In this document: one piece after another, positions 16,271 to 25,941 of the stretch
Position numbering within the stretch: the first letter of the stretch is position 1
Layout of the letters: the number at the start of each line of letters is the position of its first letter
Origin: Candidatus Peregrinibacteria bacterium Greene1014_49
Lineage (GTDB): Bacteria; Patescibacteriota; Gracilibacteria; Peribacterales; Peribacteraceae
Assembly: GCA_007376635.1 (NCBI GenBank)
Contig: VMGQ01000004.1
Coordinates: 1 to 40,298 of the forward strand
DNA length: 40,298 nucleotides
Reading direction: 5' to 3'
Notes under the pieces: model-generated
Databases searched by the model: none
Seen by the model: only the letters and a program-made list of their open reading frames with translations
Told to the model about the DNA's origin: nothing
Made by a program: the position numbers and the translations under genes

Positions 16271-17269
16271 ATGACGATTCCGATCGAAGAACTACGGCGC
16301 GCGCAGGAGATCATTGCTGGCGCAGCGCGCATTGTGTGCATCTGTCACCGGAATCCTGACGGGGACGCAATCGGTTCTCTACTGGGGATGGCTCTGCTCA
16401 TCGAGAACGCTTGTCCCGGAAAGACGGTGCTCTTTCAGTGCACAGATCCGGCGCCCGAGACATGCCGGTTTTTGCCGGGGGCACTCCGTATCCGCCACGA
16501 TTATGCGTATATTCCTGGGGACGCTGCGATTATTCTGGATTGCGGCGAGCCGAAGCTTACCGAAATGCATGAGACCCATTCCATGCTCTTTGACGGTTCC
16601 ATGCCCACCATCGAGTTTGATCACCATCACCGCAATCCCCTGTTTGCATCGGTGAATTTTGTCTTTCCGGAGGCAGCCTCTACCTGCGAAATCATCGTAG
16701 CGTTTGCCGATGCCGTGGGATGGAAGATCACGAGCGACATCGCGACGTGTCTCCTGACGGGGGTGTATACGGATACCGGTGGATTGCTTCATAGCAATAC
16801 GACCGCTGCCGTCTATCGCACCGTTGCGCGATTGCTGCGTGCCGGCGCCAGACGCCAAGAGATCGTTACGGCAGTCTTCCGCACGGCAAAATTCAGTACA
16901 CTCAAGCTCTGGGGTCGTGTGCTTGAGAAAATTTCACTCACTGCGGAGGGCGGAGCGATTTCCGCAGTCACCGAAGGAGATTTCCGCGCCTCCGGAGCCG
17001 ACTACTCGGAGCTTACGGGTGCCATCGATTATGTGAATGCCGTCCCAGGCATGCGATTTTCGCTCATTCTCTCTGAGCGCGGTGGAACGGTGAAGGGATC
17101 ACTCCGTACACTCAGGGATGATGTCGATGTTTCGGCAATGGCGGCGAAGTTCAGTGGAGGCGGGCACAAGAAAGCTGCGGGATTTGCATTACCGGGGAAG
17201 TTAAAGCCGGAAATCCGGTGGAAGGTGGAACAGTCTGAAGAGGAGCAAGGGAAGACGGCGTTACGATAA
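16271..17269 (+). CDS. DHH-family phosphoesterase (NrnA-like nanoRNase/pAp phosphatase)
   Basis: CHRNPDGDAIGS, DCG, FDHH and GGGHKKAAGF (DHHA1) motifs. Confidence 0.85.
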   Translation: MTIPIEELRRAQEIIAGAARIVCICHRNPDGDAIGSLLGMALLIENACPGKTVLFQCTDPAPETCRFLPGALRIRHDYAYIPGDAAIILDCGEPKLTEMHETHSMLFDGSMPTIEFDHHHRNPLFASVNFVFPEAASTCEIIVAFADAVGWKITSDIATCLLTGVYTDTGGLLHSNTTAAVYRTVARLLRAGARRQEIVTAVFRTAKFSTLKLWGRVLEKISLTAEGGAISAVTEGDFRASGADYSELTGAIDYVNAVPGMRFSLILSERGGTVKGSLRTLRDDVDVSAMAAKFSGGGHKKAAGFALPGKLKPEIRWKVEQSEEEQGKTALR

Positions 17270-17311
17270 TTTGTGAGATGGGGAGATCGTGAGGTCGTAC
17301 GATCTCACGAC

Positions 17312-19402
17312 TCACGATTTCGTCGCTGTACCTGAAGAATCTTCTTCTGGTGCCTTCTCTTTTGTCGTCTCCAGCGTCTCCGCCGCCGGACTTAAGTCCG
17401 CCGCCGTTGCCAGGGCTTTTTCCTTATTTGGATTGAATCCGACAAAGAGATCGCTGCGTTCTTTCTCTTCTTTCGTCACGAGTTCCTCGGCAGCAATTCT
17501 CGCTTTCTTTCCAGCCTTCAGCGCAAGGACTTCCTCAGGTTTCGTTGTGATAATGCGCTGTTCCTCCGGACTTGCCACAATTTGGATGGCGACGTGCTTG
17601 TTGCCGGCGAAGAAGAGTCCTTGCCCCACATCGGAGTTAAGCAACAGATATTTTTCCCCGTCTGTGAGGTAGAAAAGTTTTTGGAGGTTATCCACTGCTG
17701 AGGCGGATTGTTTCAGAAGAATCTGTAGAGCGGCGTTCGTGATGATCGGTTTTCCGTAGGGGGAGTTTACGAAATCTTCCACGTCCTGGGTGATGGTCGT
17801 GACGCCGAGATAGTACTTGCGAGCTCGTTTGATGAGACCGTAAAGGAAGCGCGCGGAGTCGTCGTGCTGGAGAAGGTTCCACGCCTCGTCGATGACGAGG
17901 AACCGGCGCTTGAGTTCGGCGCGGATGCGGTTCCACAGGAAGTTCAAAATCACATACATTGCAATCGGACGGAGCTGATCCTCGAGATCGCGAATCTGAA
18001 AGACAATCATCTGATTACTGAGCTCGACATTGGTCTGCTTATCAAAGAGGCCGGCGTAGCTTCCATCCGTGTATTTCATCATGGTCTGCGCCATATTTTC
18101 ACCGCCTTGTGTGGTCATGAGCACATCGACGAGCTCATGCATGGTTGGTGGCTCGATCTTCGAGGGGTCTTTCGTCTGCAGCGTGATGCCTTTGAGGGCG
18201 TAGGTGTCGAGGATCGCTTTATCGAGGATGCCGTCTTCCGATGGCGTGAGGGTTCCGAGCATCAGCTTGAAGAGGCCGTGCAGAGTGATGGATGCCGCAC
18301 GGAGAGTCTCGCCGGTCTGCGCTTCGTCCCCGCGAATTGCTCGCGGAAGATCAAAGGGATTGATACGGTTACTACTCTGGAGTGACATGGGGATAAATGT
18401 GCCACCCACGGTTTCTGCAAGTTCCACATATTCATTTTCCGGATCCACCACGAAGACTTCGGTTCCAAACATCAGGGATCTCAGAATTTCGAGTTTCACC
18501 GTGAACGATTTACCCGCTCCGGAAGTCGCAAATACCGTGGCATTGGCGTTGGGGAGATCGAACCGGTCGAAGATCACCAGCGAGTCGTTATGCCGGTTGA
18601 TGCCGTAGAGGATGCCATGATCATCGGTGAGATCGGCGCTGGAGAAGGGAAAGCTCGTCGCAATCGGCGACGTATTCATGTTGCGGTTGATTTCCAACTG
18701 ATCCAGACAGAGGGGTAGCGACGAGATCCATGCGTGTTCCATCTGGAACCATGCCGGTTTTGTGAGCACCAGCTTTCCTCCGAGCATCGCCTCAATATCG
18801 GCCTGTACCTTCTTCAATTTCTCCATATCGTCGCTGTAAATGCTGATGTACATGCCGAACTGAAAGAGTTTCTCCCGGCCGCGCGCAAGCAGATCGCGGA
18901 GTTCCTCGGCGTCCTGGAGGGCGGCTTCAAGGGACGGATCGCGGACGATGCCGCGCTGTTCAAGCATGCGGATACTGCTGCGCATTTCCGCCACCTTCTT
19001 TCGGAGCATCTTCATAATGATGCGACTGCTTGCGGGGTAGATATACTGGGCGATGTCCATCTGCGCATCGAAGTTGATGACCTGTGAGAGCCAGTTGGGG
19101 TAGATGTAGTTGGGCCAGTTAAAGACAAAGAGCGTATGCACGTGCTGGTCGTTGAGGATGATCTCCATGTTTTTTACTTCGAGTGCTGAAGGGGAAATCA
19201 GGTCGAGCGTCTTTTGCAGGCCTTCTTCATAAAACCGCAGAACTTGTTTTTCATCTGGAGGTAATTCGCCATTCGCTGCGCTCTTCTGAAGCACCTTTCG
19301 AGCCTGTGCATGTAGGCCAAGCAGGTCGTCGATCGCCGCAATCAGGATTTGCAGTGTGGAGGGCCCGTGAGCCGATGGGTTTTGTGAGAGACTCGGAGGC
19401 AT
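17312..19402 (-). CDS. VirB4/TraC-like type IV secretion ATPase
   Basis: Walker A FATSGAGKSF, Walker B RFLVIDEAWNLL, and the correct size and domain order for VirB4. The ATG at 19402 is used. The track start at 19444 is a TTG. Confidence 0.8.
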   Translation of the reverse strand: MPPSLSQNPSAHGPSTLQILIAAIDDLLGLHAQARKVLQKSAANGELPPDEKQVLRFYEEGLQKTLDLISPSALEVKNMEIILNDQHVHTLFVFNWPNYIYPNWLSQVINFDAQMDIAQYIYPASSRIIMKMLRKKVAEMRSSIRMLEQRGIVRDPSLEAALQDAEELRDLLARGREKLFQFGMYISIYSDDMEKLKKVQADIEAMLGGKLVLTKPAWFQMEHAWISSLPLCLDQLEINRNMNTSPIATSFPFSSADLTDDHGILYGINRHNDSLVIFDRFDLPNANATVFATSGAGKSFTVKLEILRSLMFGTEVFVVDPENEYVELAETVGGTFIPMSLQSSNRINPFDLPRAIRGDEAQTGETLRAASITLHGLFKLMLGTLTPSEDGILDKAILDTYALKGITLQTKDPSKIEPPTMHELVDVLMTTQGGENMAQTMMKYTDGSYAGLFDKQTNVELSNQMIVFQIRDLEDQLRPIAMYVILNFLWNRIRAELKRRFLVIDEAWNLLQHDDSARFLYGLIKRARKYYLGVTTITQDVEDFVNSPYGKPIITNAALQILLKQSASAVDNLQKLFYLTDGEKYLLLNSDVGQGLFFAGNKHVAIQIVASPEEQRIITTKPEEVLALKAGKKARIAAEELVTKEEKERSDLFVGFNPNKEKALATAADLSPAAETLETTKEKAPEEDSSGTATKS

Positions 19403-19468
19403 AGGAAATCCTATTATTGTATCAGAAATAGGGGATTTACTCAAGAATTAAGAATGCCCTTCGCCCCC

Positions 19469-20320
19469 TTATTCCAGTTGATCCGTCCCAAAGGCGCTCG
19501 TGTTCCTATTCCTGCGCTTGCCTTTTTCCAGAAGTATATCGAGATCTTCGATCCCTGGAAGTTGCACCACCTGCAACCCGGCAATGAGAATCAGGCGATT
19601 GGCTTCGATGGCGACAATGCGATGTTGGGCAACTTCGAGAAGTTCCAAGAAACGGTCACCGATATCCTCTGTTTGCTCACGTTTGGTCTGCACTTCTGCG
19701 ACTTTTCCCTGAGCCTTGCCAAGCTCCTGTTGCCTCGAACCTGCTCCCGTGTAGTCCTCGTTTTCCAGTGCCCGTTTGATTTCGCGATCAATGTCATCGG
19801 CTAGTTTGCGCTTCTCTCGTTCCTCTGTACGGAGTGCCTCTGCCGAGCTTTCCAATTCAGTTTTTTTACGTTCTGCAAGCACATAGACGTTATGCATTCC
19901 TTGGAGATACTGATCGAGTGTTTCACGACGGTCGGAACTTCGATTGAGAATGTCAGAGACATTTACCTGCAGGATATTGCCGAGTTCCTGCAGGAGCGTA
20001 AAGGTTTCATCTGCAGAGGAACTGCCTTGTCCAAGAAATAACTTCTTCTGCGCTTCAATACCCATCCACGCCGAGTGAACGGGAAGGAAGATGCCCTGAG
20101 AGAGATACGCCGTTATATATAAACCGAGCGCGGCGCTGGGGCGAGACTGCAGTGTTGCCAGTCCTCCCTCGAGCACTTGCACCGCCGCTATACTCCCCAC
20201 AGCTCCTTTGACGGTCAGATCATCCTCTTTGTTTTGACTATTCTCTTTTCCTTCGAAGAAGGAACAGCCTGCGAGGAGGAGAGTGAGGCCGACTAAGATG
20301 GCGACTTTGGATCGATCCAT
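19469..20320 (-). CDS. Lipoprotein with a long coiled-coil C-terminal half, immediately upstream of the VirB4-like gene
   Basis: MDRSKVAILVGLTLLLAGC carries a lipobox. The C-terminal half is charged and heptad-like. The stop is 24-66 nt before the VirB4-like start (TTG 19444 or ATG 19402). Confidence 0.6.
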   Translation of the reverse strand: MDRSKVAILVGLTLLLAGCSFFEGKENSQNKEDDLTVKGAVGSIAAVQVLEGGLATLQSRPSAALGLYITAYLSQGIFLPVHSAWMGIEAQKKLFLGQGSSSADETFTLLQELGNILQVNVSDILNRSSDRRETLDQYLQGMHNVYVLAERKKTELESSAEALRTEEREKRKLADDIDREIKRALENEDYTGAGSRQQELGKAQGKVAEVQTKREQTEDIGDRFLELLEVAQHRIVAIEANRLILIAGLQVVQLPGIEDLDILLEKGKRRNRNTSAFGTDQLE

Positions 20321-20364
20321 TTCCTTATAGTATAGCGGTTTTTTGATGAAGAGAGAAGTACGGC

Positions 20365-20453
20365 GTGTAACGGTTATCGGTATAACGGTGTAACGGGCAC
20401 GCACGTGTACAGCGGATTCCCGTTACACCGATACACCGTTATATCGTTATCCG
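20365..20453. repeat. Imperfect 89-bp palindrome whose arms are tandem CGGTRTAA-like units
   Basis: Left arm: gtgtaa-cggttat-cggtataa-cggtgtaa-cggg. Right arm: cccg-ttacaccg-atacaccg-ttatatcg-ttatccg. 12-bp perfect core cggtgtaacggg/cccgttacaccg. The centre contains cacgtg. Confidence 0.7.
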
Positions 20454-20634
20454 AATCGTGAGTTTTAGAGTCAAAAAACCCGTGTAAAACATGGTATAAA
20501 TTTTGTGTTCAAAACATGAGTACAAAGTGTATGCAAGATCAATTTTTGTTTTCACGTGGAAATCCTATGGTTTAGTGCTAAATTTCGCGCTGAAAGTTGA
20601 GTATAAGTTTTGTTCACAAGAGAAGTGCTGCATC

Positions 20635-22335
20635 ATGTTTGAATCATTACAAGCGAAGGCTATTGCAATCATCCGTACAACGTTCGGAATACAAAATGTG
20701 AACATTGCGTGGGAGCGCCCCGCACAGGCCGATTTCGGCGATCTCGCAACGCCCGTTGCCATGCAGCTCGCGAAGGAACTGAAGCAAAATCCCAAGATGA
20801 TCGCTCAGACCCTTGCGGAGAAACTCGCTCAAGATTCTTCCGTGGAGAAAGCGGAGGTTGCAGGCTCTGGGTATGTGAACGTGTGGCTGAAGCCGCAAGC
20901 GCTGATCGATGAGCTCAAGAAGACGCGCGAAGCATGCACGGCACGGGTCACGCGGAAGGAAGCGCCGGTGATTGTCGAGTACTCACAGCCAAATGTGGCG
21001 AAGCCGCTCGGCATTCATCACATTCTCTCCACGGTGATCGGACAGACGATCACGAATTTCTATCGTCACGCGGGACATCCTGTTATTGCCTGGAATTACA
21101 TGGGGGACTGGGGAACACAGTTTGGGAAACTGGCAGTCGCCTTTGAGCGGTGGGGAAAGGGGAAGAAGGTCACCTCCTGTTCCATCGAAGAACTCCTCGC
21201 GCTCTATGTGCGCTTTCATGATGAAGCGGAAGCAGATCCCACTTTGGAAGAGGATGCACGCAAAACCTTTGTAAAACTGGAACAGGGCTACAGCGAAATT
21301 CGCGCATTCTGGAGCGATGTTGTCGGTATTACCAAATCGTCTCTTACGCATTTGTACGAACGCCTGCATGTGCACTTTGATTGCGATATCAGCGAGAGTT
21401 TCTACGAAGATAAAATGGCACCAATTCTTGCCGAGGGAAAAAAGAAGAGCATCTTTGTGCCAGGGGAAAAAGGTGCGCTCATTGTTCAGTTTTCTGAGGA
21501 GAGCAAGTTGCCTCCGGCGCTCGTTCAGAAAGCGGACGAAGGCACACTCTATGCAACGCGCGATCTTGCAAATCTCCGGTACCGCATCGATACCCATCAA
21601 CCAAAGGAAATCCTGTATGTGGTAGATGTGGCTCAGATGTTGTACTTCCAGCAGCTCTTTGCCATTGCGACATTGCTCCAGTGGGAGCTGCCTGCGTTAG
21701 AACACGTCGTTGTCGGCCGCATGCGGTTTTTCGATAAAAAAATGAGCACACGAAAGGGAAATATCTTGCGTCTTGAAGAAGTACTCGATGAGGCGGTGAA
21801 GAGAGCGGGGGATTTGATCAAGAGCCGTGGTGACAGTATTCAATCAGACGATCCGGAGGCGCTTGCCGAGATGATGGGTGTGGGATCGGTGGTCTATGGA
21901 ATTCTGAGCCAAAATCGAATGAGTGAACTCGTTTTCGACTGGGATCGGATGCTTTCTTTCGAAGGAAATTCCGCACCCTATCTTCAGTATACGCACGCAC
22001 GAGCACGATCCGTGCTCCGGAAGGCCGATGCCAAAGGCGATGCATCTCTTCCCACGAATGTCGCCTCCCTCACCACGTCAGAGCGATCACTTGTCGGCGG
22101 ACTTCTGCGATTTCCCGGAGCGCTGGAAGAAGCGCAAAAAGGGCACCTTCCCCATGTTCTTACGCACTACCTTTACCAACTCTGCCAGCTCTTCAATGCG
22201 TTTTATAACAATGATCCGATCCTCCAGGCTCCCGAATCCCAAAAAACATTCCGCCTCGCGCTCACAGCACTCACTGCGACTGTTCTCAAGTGCGGTGCAG
22301 AGCTGCTGACACTACGCGTTCCTGATCGTATGTAA
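20635..22335 (+). CDS. argS: Arginine--tRNA ligase
   Basis: EYSQPNVAKPLGIHHI (HIGH region), the anticodon-binding C-terminus (APYLQYTHARARSV) and a terminal ...RVPDRM. Start set at MFESLQ (20635). Confidence 0.9.
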   Translation: MFESLQAKAIAIIRTTFGIQNVNIAWERPAQADFGDLATPVAMQLAKELKQNPKMIAQTLAEKLAQDSSVEKAEVAGSGYVNVWLKPQALIDELKKTREACTARVTRKEAPVIVEYSQPNVAKPLGIHHILSTVIGQTITNFYRHAGHPVIAWNYMGDWGTQFGKLAVAFERWGKGKKVTSCSIEELLALYVRFHDEAEADPTLEEDARKTFVKLEQGYSEIRAFWSDVVGITKSSLTHLYERLHVHFDCDISESFYEDKMAPILAEGKKKSIFVPGEKGALIVQFSEESKLPPALVQKADEGTLYATRDLANLRYRIDTHQPKEILYVVDVAQMLYFQQLFAIATLLQWELPALEHVVVGRMRFFDKKMSTRKGNILRLEEVLDEAVKRAGDLIKSRGDSIQSDDPEALAEMMGVGSVVYGILSQNRMSELVFDWDRMLSFEGNSAPYLQYTHARARSVLRKADAKGDASLPTNVASLTTSERSLVGGLLRFPGALEEAQKGHLPHVLTHYLYQLCQLFNAFYNNDPILQAPESQKTFRLALTALTATVLKCGAELLTLRVPDRM

Positions 22336-22405
22336 TTCCGATCTTTGTTTTCCCTCTTTTATTTTCTGAGACGCACCAACGGTGCGTCTCTACCCCTTCC
22401 CTCCC

Positions 22406-23929
22406 ATGGTCCGGTCTCCCTCTACCCGTCGCCGTTACGAATCTGTATCTCGGCGGCATCGTCACGGCTCTGTCACACGTCCATTCGTGGCGTTTCTTCT
22501 GATTGCCTCGTTTGGCATTCTCTTCGCCGGTTGCGGTTCACCACCACCGGAAGAAGATGTCTTTACCTTTACAGAAGACGACGTCGCGCGGTTCAGGGAG
22601 CTTGCGAGGTCTTCAGAGGGCACCGGAACAGGAGAGACGATGGGAGAGCCAAGGATTGAGCGGACGGGATCGGGGGCAAGAAGCAGCCTGCCGAAACTGG
22701 ATCTTTCTATGGCAAAAACGTACAGCGCTATCCGTTCGGGGCCGACCGGAGTAGGGCAGGAGCTGTATCGAGTGACCAATGCGTACCTGAACGTCCGTAG
22801 TGAGGCGAAAGTGACGGCCGGCGAAGTAGCGCGTCTTTCACAGGGGGACCAGCTCACGGTTCTCGATTTTATTGATGCGGCATGGGCAAAGGCCAAACTT
22901 GATGATGGTAAAGAGGGATACGTTTCCACACGCTACATCGCAAAACTCGTTTCGGAGGAGCAGCTTGCTGCTGAGCGCAAGAAATATGAAGGCGTGTACT
23001 TCGTGGACTTCGGTTTCTTGAACGTCCGCAAGTCTCCGGATGCGGGAAGTGAAAAAATCGGCGAGCTTCCGGGGCAAGCCCTCGTACGGCCGATTTCTCT
23101 AGACAAAGTCTGGGCGCGCGTGCCATTTGCAAACGGAGAAGGCTATGTGGCTGTGCAGTATCTCTCGCCGTTTGCGCCGCAGTTCCTTGTTCGTCAGGAG
23201 ACGTACAAGCTGCCGATTCTGCATTACAAGCTTGCTTCGGCCGACAATACACTCGCGGCGCTCCGTGGCCACATCACCGCACTCAAGCAGGCAGGGGTCA
23301 CAGTCTGGACGCTCCGGGATCTTCGCCAACTCGTTCTCACTCAAGAGGACAGAGATGCGCGGGTGCCACCGAAGGCAGTAGTGCTAGCGCTCTCCGACGT
23401 AACGGCGAAAAATGTTCAAGAGGTATCACAGACGCTGAATGCGGCCGGAGTGTCTGCAACACTTTTTCTCAAGACTGCGGACATCGGCATCGGAGGGATC
23501 ACTGAAAAGACCGTCTTAAGCCTCTCTGCCAATGGCTTTGATGTGCAGTCGGGAGGTCACACAGGGGACGATCTGCGATCTCTCACCAACGCACAGCTGC
23601 AGCTCGAGCTGGAGCAAAGCCGTGTTCTTCTTGAGGAAATGACCGGAAAACCGATCTTTGCAGTCGGCTACCCGATCGGTGGAGTGAATGAGCGCGTAGC
23701 GCAGCTGGCAGGTGAATCAGGCTATCTCTTTGGCATAGGGTCTGCTCCGGAGACATCTTTTGGCCGCACGCAATTCCTGCGCTTGCCGAGCTTCATCGTT
23801 TCTGGATCCATGACGCCGGAGGATGTCGTGGGGATTGTGAAGGGGGGAGAGCAGGCCAGTGTTGGATATAAGTTCAATGCAACGCCGAGGAATCTGAGGA
23901 CGAAGTCGGTGTATTTGGCGTTTGCGTAG
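22406..23929 (+). CDS. Lipoprotein with two SH3b domains and a polysaccharide deacetylase (NodB-like) domain
   Basis: Lipobox LFAGC. Two SH3b-like units (YLNVRSEAKV...GYVSTRYI and FLNVRKSPDA...GYVAVQYL). A C-terminal deacetylase-like region (GGHTGDDLRSL...). Confidence 0.65.
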   Translation: MVRSPSTRRRYESVSRRHRHGSVTRPFVAFLLIASFGILFAGCGSPPPEEDVFTFTEDDVARFRELARSSEGTGTGETMGEPRIERTGSGARSSLPKLDLSMAKTYSAIRSGPTGVGQELYRVTNAYLNVRSEAKVTAGEVARLSQGDQLTVLDFIDAAWAKAKLDDGKEGYVSTRYIAKLVSEEQLAAERKKYEGVYFVDFGFLNVRKSPDAGSEKIGELPGQALVRPISLDKVWARVPFANGEGYVAVQYLSPFAPQFLVRQETYKLPILHYKLASADNTLAALRGHITALKQAGVTVWTLRDLRQLVLTQEDRDARVPPKAVVLALSDVTAKNVQEVSQTLNAAGVSATLFLKTADIGIGGITEKTVLSLSANGFDVQSGGHTGDDLRSLTNAQLQLELEQSRVLLEEMTGKPIFAVGYPIGGVNERVAQLAGESGYLFGIGSAPETSFGRTQFLRLPSFIVSGSMTPEDVVGIVKGGEQASVGYKFNATPRNLRTKSVYLAFA

Positions 23930-23940
23930 GATGATACACT

Positions 23941-25617
23941 TCATGAATTCCTTTTTTCATGAAGTGCTTTTTGAAAACGTAAGTATTGCTGTCCAGCGAG
24001 TCCGTCTTGATCATTATCCTTTCCTTTATTACCCCATCCTCTATAAAATTCGCTGAGAGCGAGTTCTCCCAGATGCATTCTTGCGCGCTCGCTTGGAGCA
24101 TTCTCCTCGGCAATTTGGTATCGCTCCACGAGGCTTTCCAGGATTCGGTTCTGTTCTTCAGGATCTTCTTGCTCTACAGACTCCCGGAACCGCGCAGTTT
24201 CCTCTTTGAAATCTGAGTATCTGCTGAACGTATCCAGAAATTTCCCCGTGTGCTGGTCGTAGATCCGACCTTTGAATTCCCGTACAAGCTCTTCTCTCGT
24301 CGGTTGCACAGGATCCTTTGCAACAATAGCGGGTTTTTCAACATGCCCTTCATGTCGCAACGCTTCCGCGCCGATCAACGTCAGAATGCTTGCTGCCGTT
24401 GCCGTCAGGGCATGGCGCAATGTTCCCCTTGGCGTTCTCTTTCCCAGTAGTACACGTTCATCTCGTTCAGTGCCCCCACCGTATCCTTTGTGATAATATT
24501 GGATATCGCCGAGATCAAATGCTGCAGATGCCCAGAGCTCAATCTGTTTGCGTACTCTTTGGCCTTCATCTCTGTCCGGCCGTACTTCCGCAGTGCCGTA
24601 ATACACGATCTCCACGTCTGGTTGTTCATGTAACCACTCGAGGATGTTGTACTTGAGTTCCGCAGTCATCCCGCGCTTTGTGGGCATCGTGATTCCCGGT
24701 CCAATATCGTCAATAGTCACGGAATCCGGATCATCCTCAATGCCCATTTGGATCTTTTCCACGCCGTAGCGACTCTTGCGCTCATCGATCCATTCCCGAA
24801 TCTTGGCTTTCAAAGGCTCTTCATCACTCGGTTTTTCCAGAGCATTTCCCATGACATGGGGGATCGGGGTTTCTACCTGTTTTTTTGTCACTGGATCGAC
24901 GCCGGCAACGCCATATGCTTCGGATTTGTCCGGATGGAGGATCCCTGTCATCAATACATCCCTGCGTTCAAGAAGTTTTGCATCCTTCGGCAGGAGCTTA
25001 GCAAACACAGCATTTTCAACCCCCGTACATGCCGCGACCCATACAGCATGACCGTTGACTGCATCGGAATTGCCGGGATTATCGCCGCTTCCGGGAACTT
25101 GAAAATCGGGGTGCTTATCAAAATCCAGAATGATGGAGGCTGGGAAAGCGGTTTTGCATGCCAGTACCCGCCCAATTGCATCATGCGATGCTGCGGCGTG
25201 GAGCACTTTGCGGCCTGCAAGTAAGTGTTTCAACATCACATCGAATGCACGATCCACTTCCAATTTAAATTGTTCGAAGCGTCGGAGCTGCTCGGTCTCA
25301 TCTTTTGCTCGCCATCTCCATTGTGCGAAGCGGTCACGACACCAATCGCTTATTGCCTCCGTCACCTTGCCAGCTCTCTTGGGGCAGGGGACGGTTTCTT
25401 TTTCATAGGGGACACCGGCTCTGCGAAGCATCTCTCGAAACCCAGCACCCATATACTCCGCACCCTCCGCAAGCTCCCGACTTTCGGGGTGTCCGTGTTG
25501 CCCCGGGAATGTGATCACGGTGAACTGCTCTTGTGCCAAATCTTCCGCATCCGGAGGGAGTGCTCCGAAGATCGGCTGATCTGTAGTTTTGCCAGTATCT
25601 TCGCCAGAACTGTTCAT
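23941..25617 (-). CDS. Orphan protein with a central arginase/ureohydrolase-like motif set, one predicted TM segment and a C-terminal extension
   Basis: HAAASHD...ILDFDKHPD...IEDDPDSVTIDDIGPGITMPTKRGMTAE resembles the arginase-fold blocks (GGDHS, DAHxD, SxDxDxxDP..PG.GTP..GG.T..E). Start set at the second ATG (25617) because a near-consensus promoter covers the first. Confidence 0.45.
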   Translation of the reverse strand: MNSSGEDTGKTTDQPIFGALPPDAEDLAQEQFTVITFPGQHGHPESRELAEGAEYMGAGFREMLRRAGVPYEKETVPCPKRAGKVTEAISDWCRDRFAQWRWRAKDETEQLRRFEQFKLEVDRAFDVMLKHLLAGRKVLHAAASHDAIGRVLACKTAFPASIILDFDKHPDFQVPGSGDNPGNSDAVNGHAVWVAACTGVENAVFAKLLPKDAKLLERRDVLMTGILHPDKSEAYGVAGVDPVTKKQVETPIPHVMGNALEKPSDEEPLKAKIREWIDERKSRYGVEKIQMGIEDDPDSVTIDDIGPGITMPTKRGMTAELKYNILEWLHEQPDVEIVYYGTAEVRPDRDEGQRVRKQIELWASAAFDLGDIQYYHKGYGGGTERDERVLLGKRTPRGTLRHALTATAASILTLIGAEALRHEGHVEKPAIVAKDPVQPTREELVREFKGRIYDQHTGKFLDTFSRYSDFKEETARFRESVEQEDPEEQNRILESLVERYQIAEENAPSERARMHLGELALSEFYRGWGNKGKDNDQDGLAGQQYLRFQKALHEKRNS

Positions 25618-25623
25618 TGATAT

Positions 25624-25651
25624 ATTATAGTATATTTTCATTACTTATCAA
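25624..25651 (-). promoter_or_regulatory. Near-consensus sigma70-type promoter TTGATA-N16-TATAAT, 6 nt before the ATG at 25617
   Basis: The minus strand reads ttgata-agtaatgaaaatatac-tataat-atatca-ATG. Confidence 0.55.
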
Positions 25652-25654
25652 GTA

Positions 25655-25933
25655 TCACTGCCCCATCAATTTTTGCATTTGTTCCTGCATCTGCTTGCTG
25701 AAATCACTGCCCTGGCTCTGCATGACGGCTGCAGAGGACTCCGCGGCCGCTTTGGAAATCTCTTTGAGAAGCTCGTCCCAGTGCGCATAGGCAAACCATG
25801 TACTCCAAAGGATGAGAATGAGAGGAATCAGGTGCAGGAGGCTTTTGAAAAATCCTCCCCACGTGCGAAGTCGGTCGCGCTTATCCATGCGATGCAGAAC
25901 CTCCAGAATTTCTGTGAGTTGTGTATTCGTCAT
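25655..25933 (-). CDS. Small single-pass membrane protein
   Basis: 92 aa with one hydrophobic helix (LLHLIPLILILWSTWFAYA). Lies between femX and the arginase-like gene. Confidence 0.5.
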   Translation of the reverse strand: MTNTQLTEILEVLHRMDKRDRLRTWGGFFKSLLHLIPLILILWSTWFAYAHWDELLKEISKAAAESSAAVMQSQGSDFSKQMQEQMQKLMGQ

Positions 25934-25941
25934 GTACTCAT

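Noticed and set aside
17284-17320. Hairpin gagatcgt...acgatctc between the convergent DHH-phosphoesterase and VirB4-like genes, as a terminator.
   Set aside because: The alternative pairings are short (6-8 bp), there is no U-tract, and the hairpin partly overlaps the VirB4 3' end. It is noted but not called.
22368-22390. 10-bp perfect hairpin gagacgcacc-aac-ggtgcgtctc after argS, as a terminator.
   Set aside because: The T-rich run precedes rather than follows the stem on the plus strand, and an A-rich run follows it on the minus strand. It is therefore not a canonical intrinsic terminator in either direction. It may still be a stability element.
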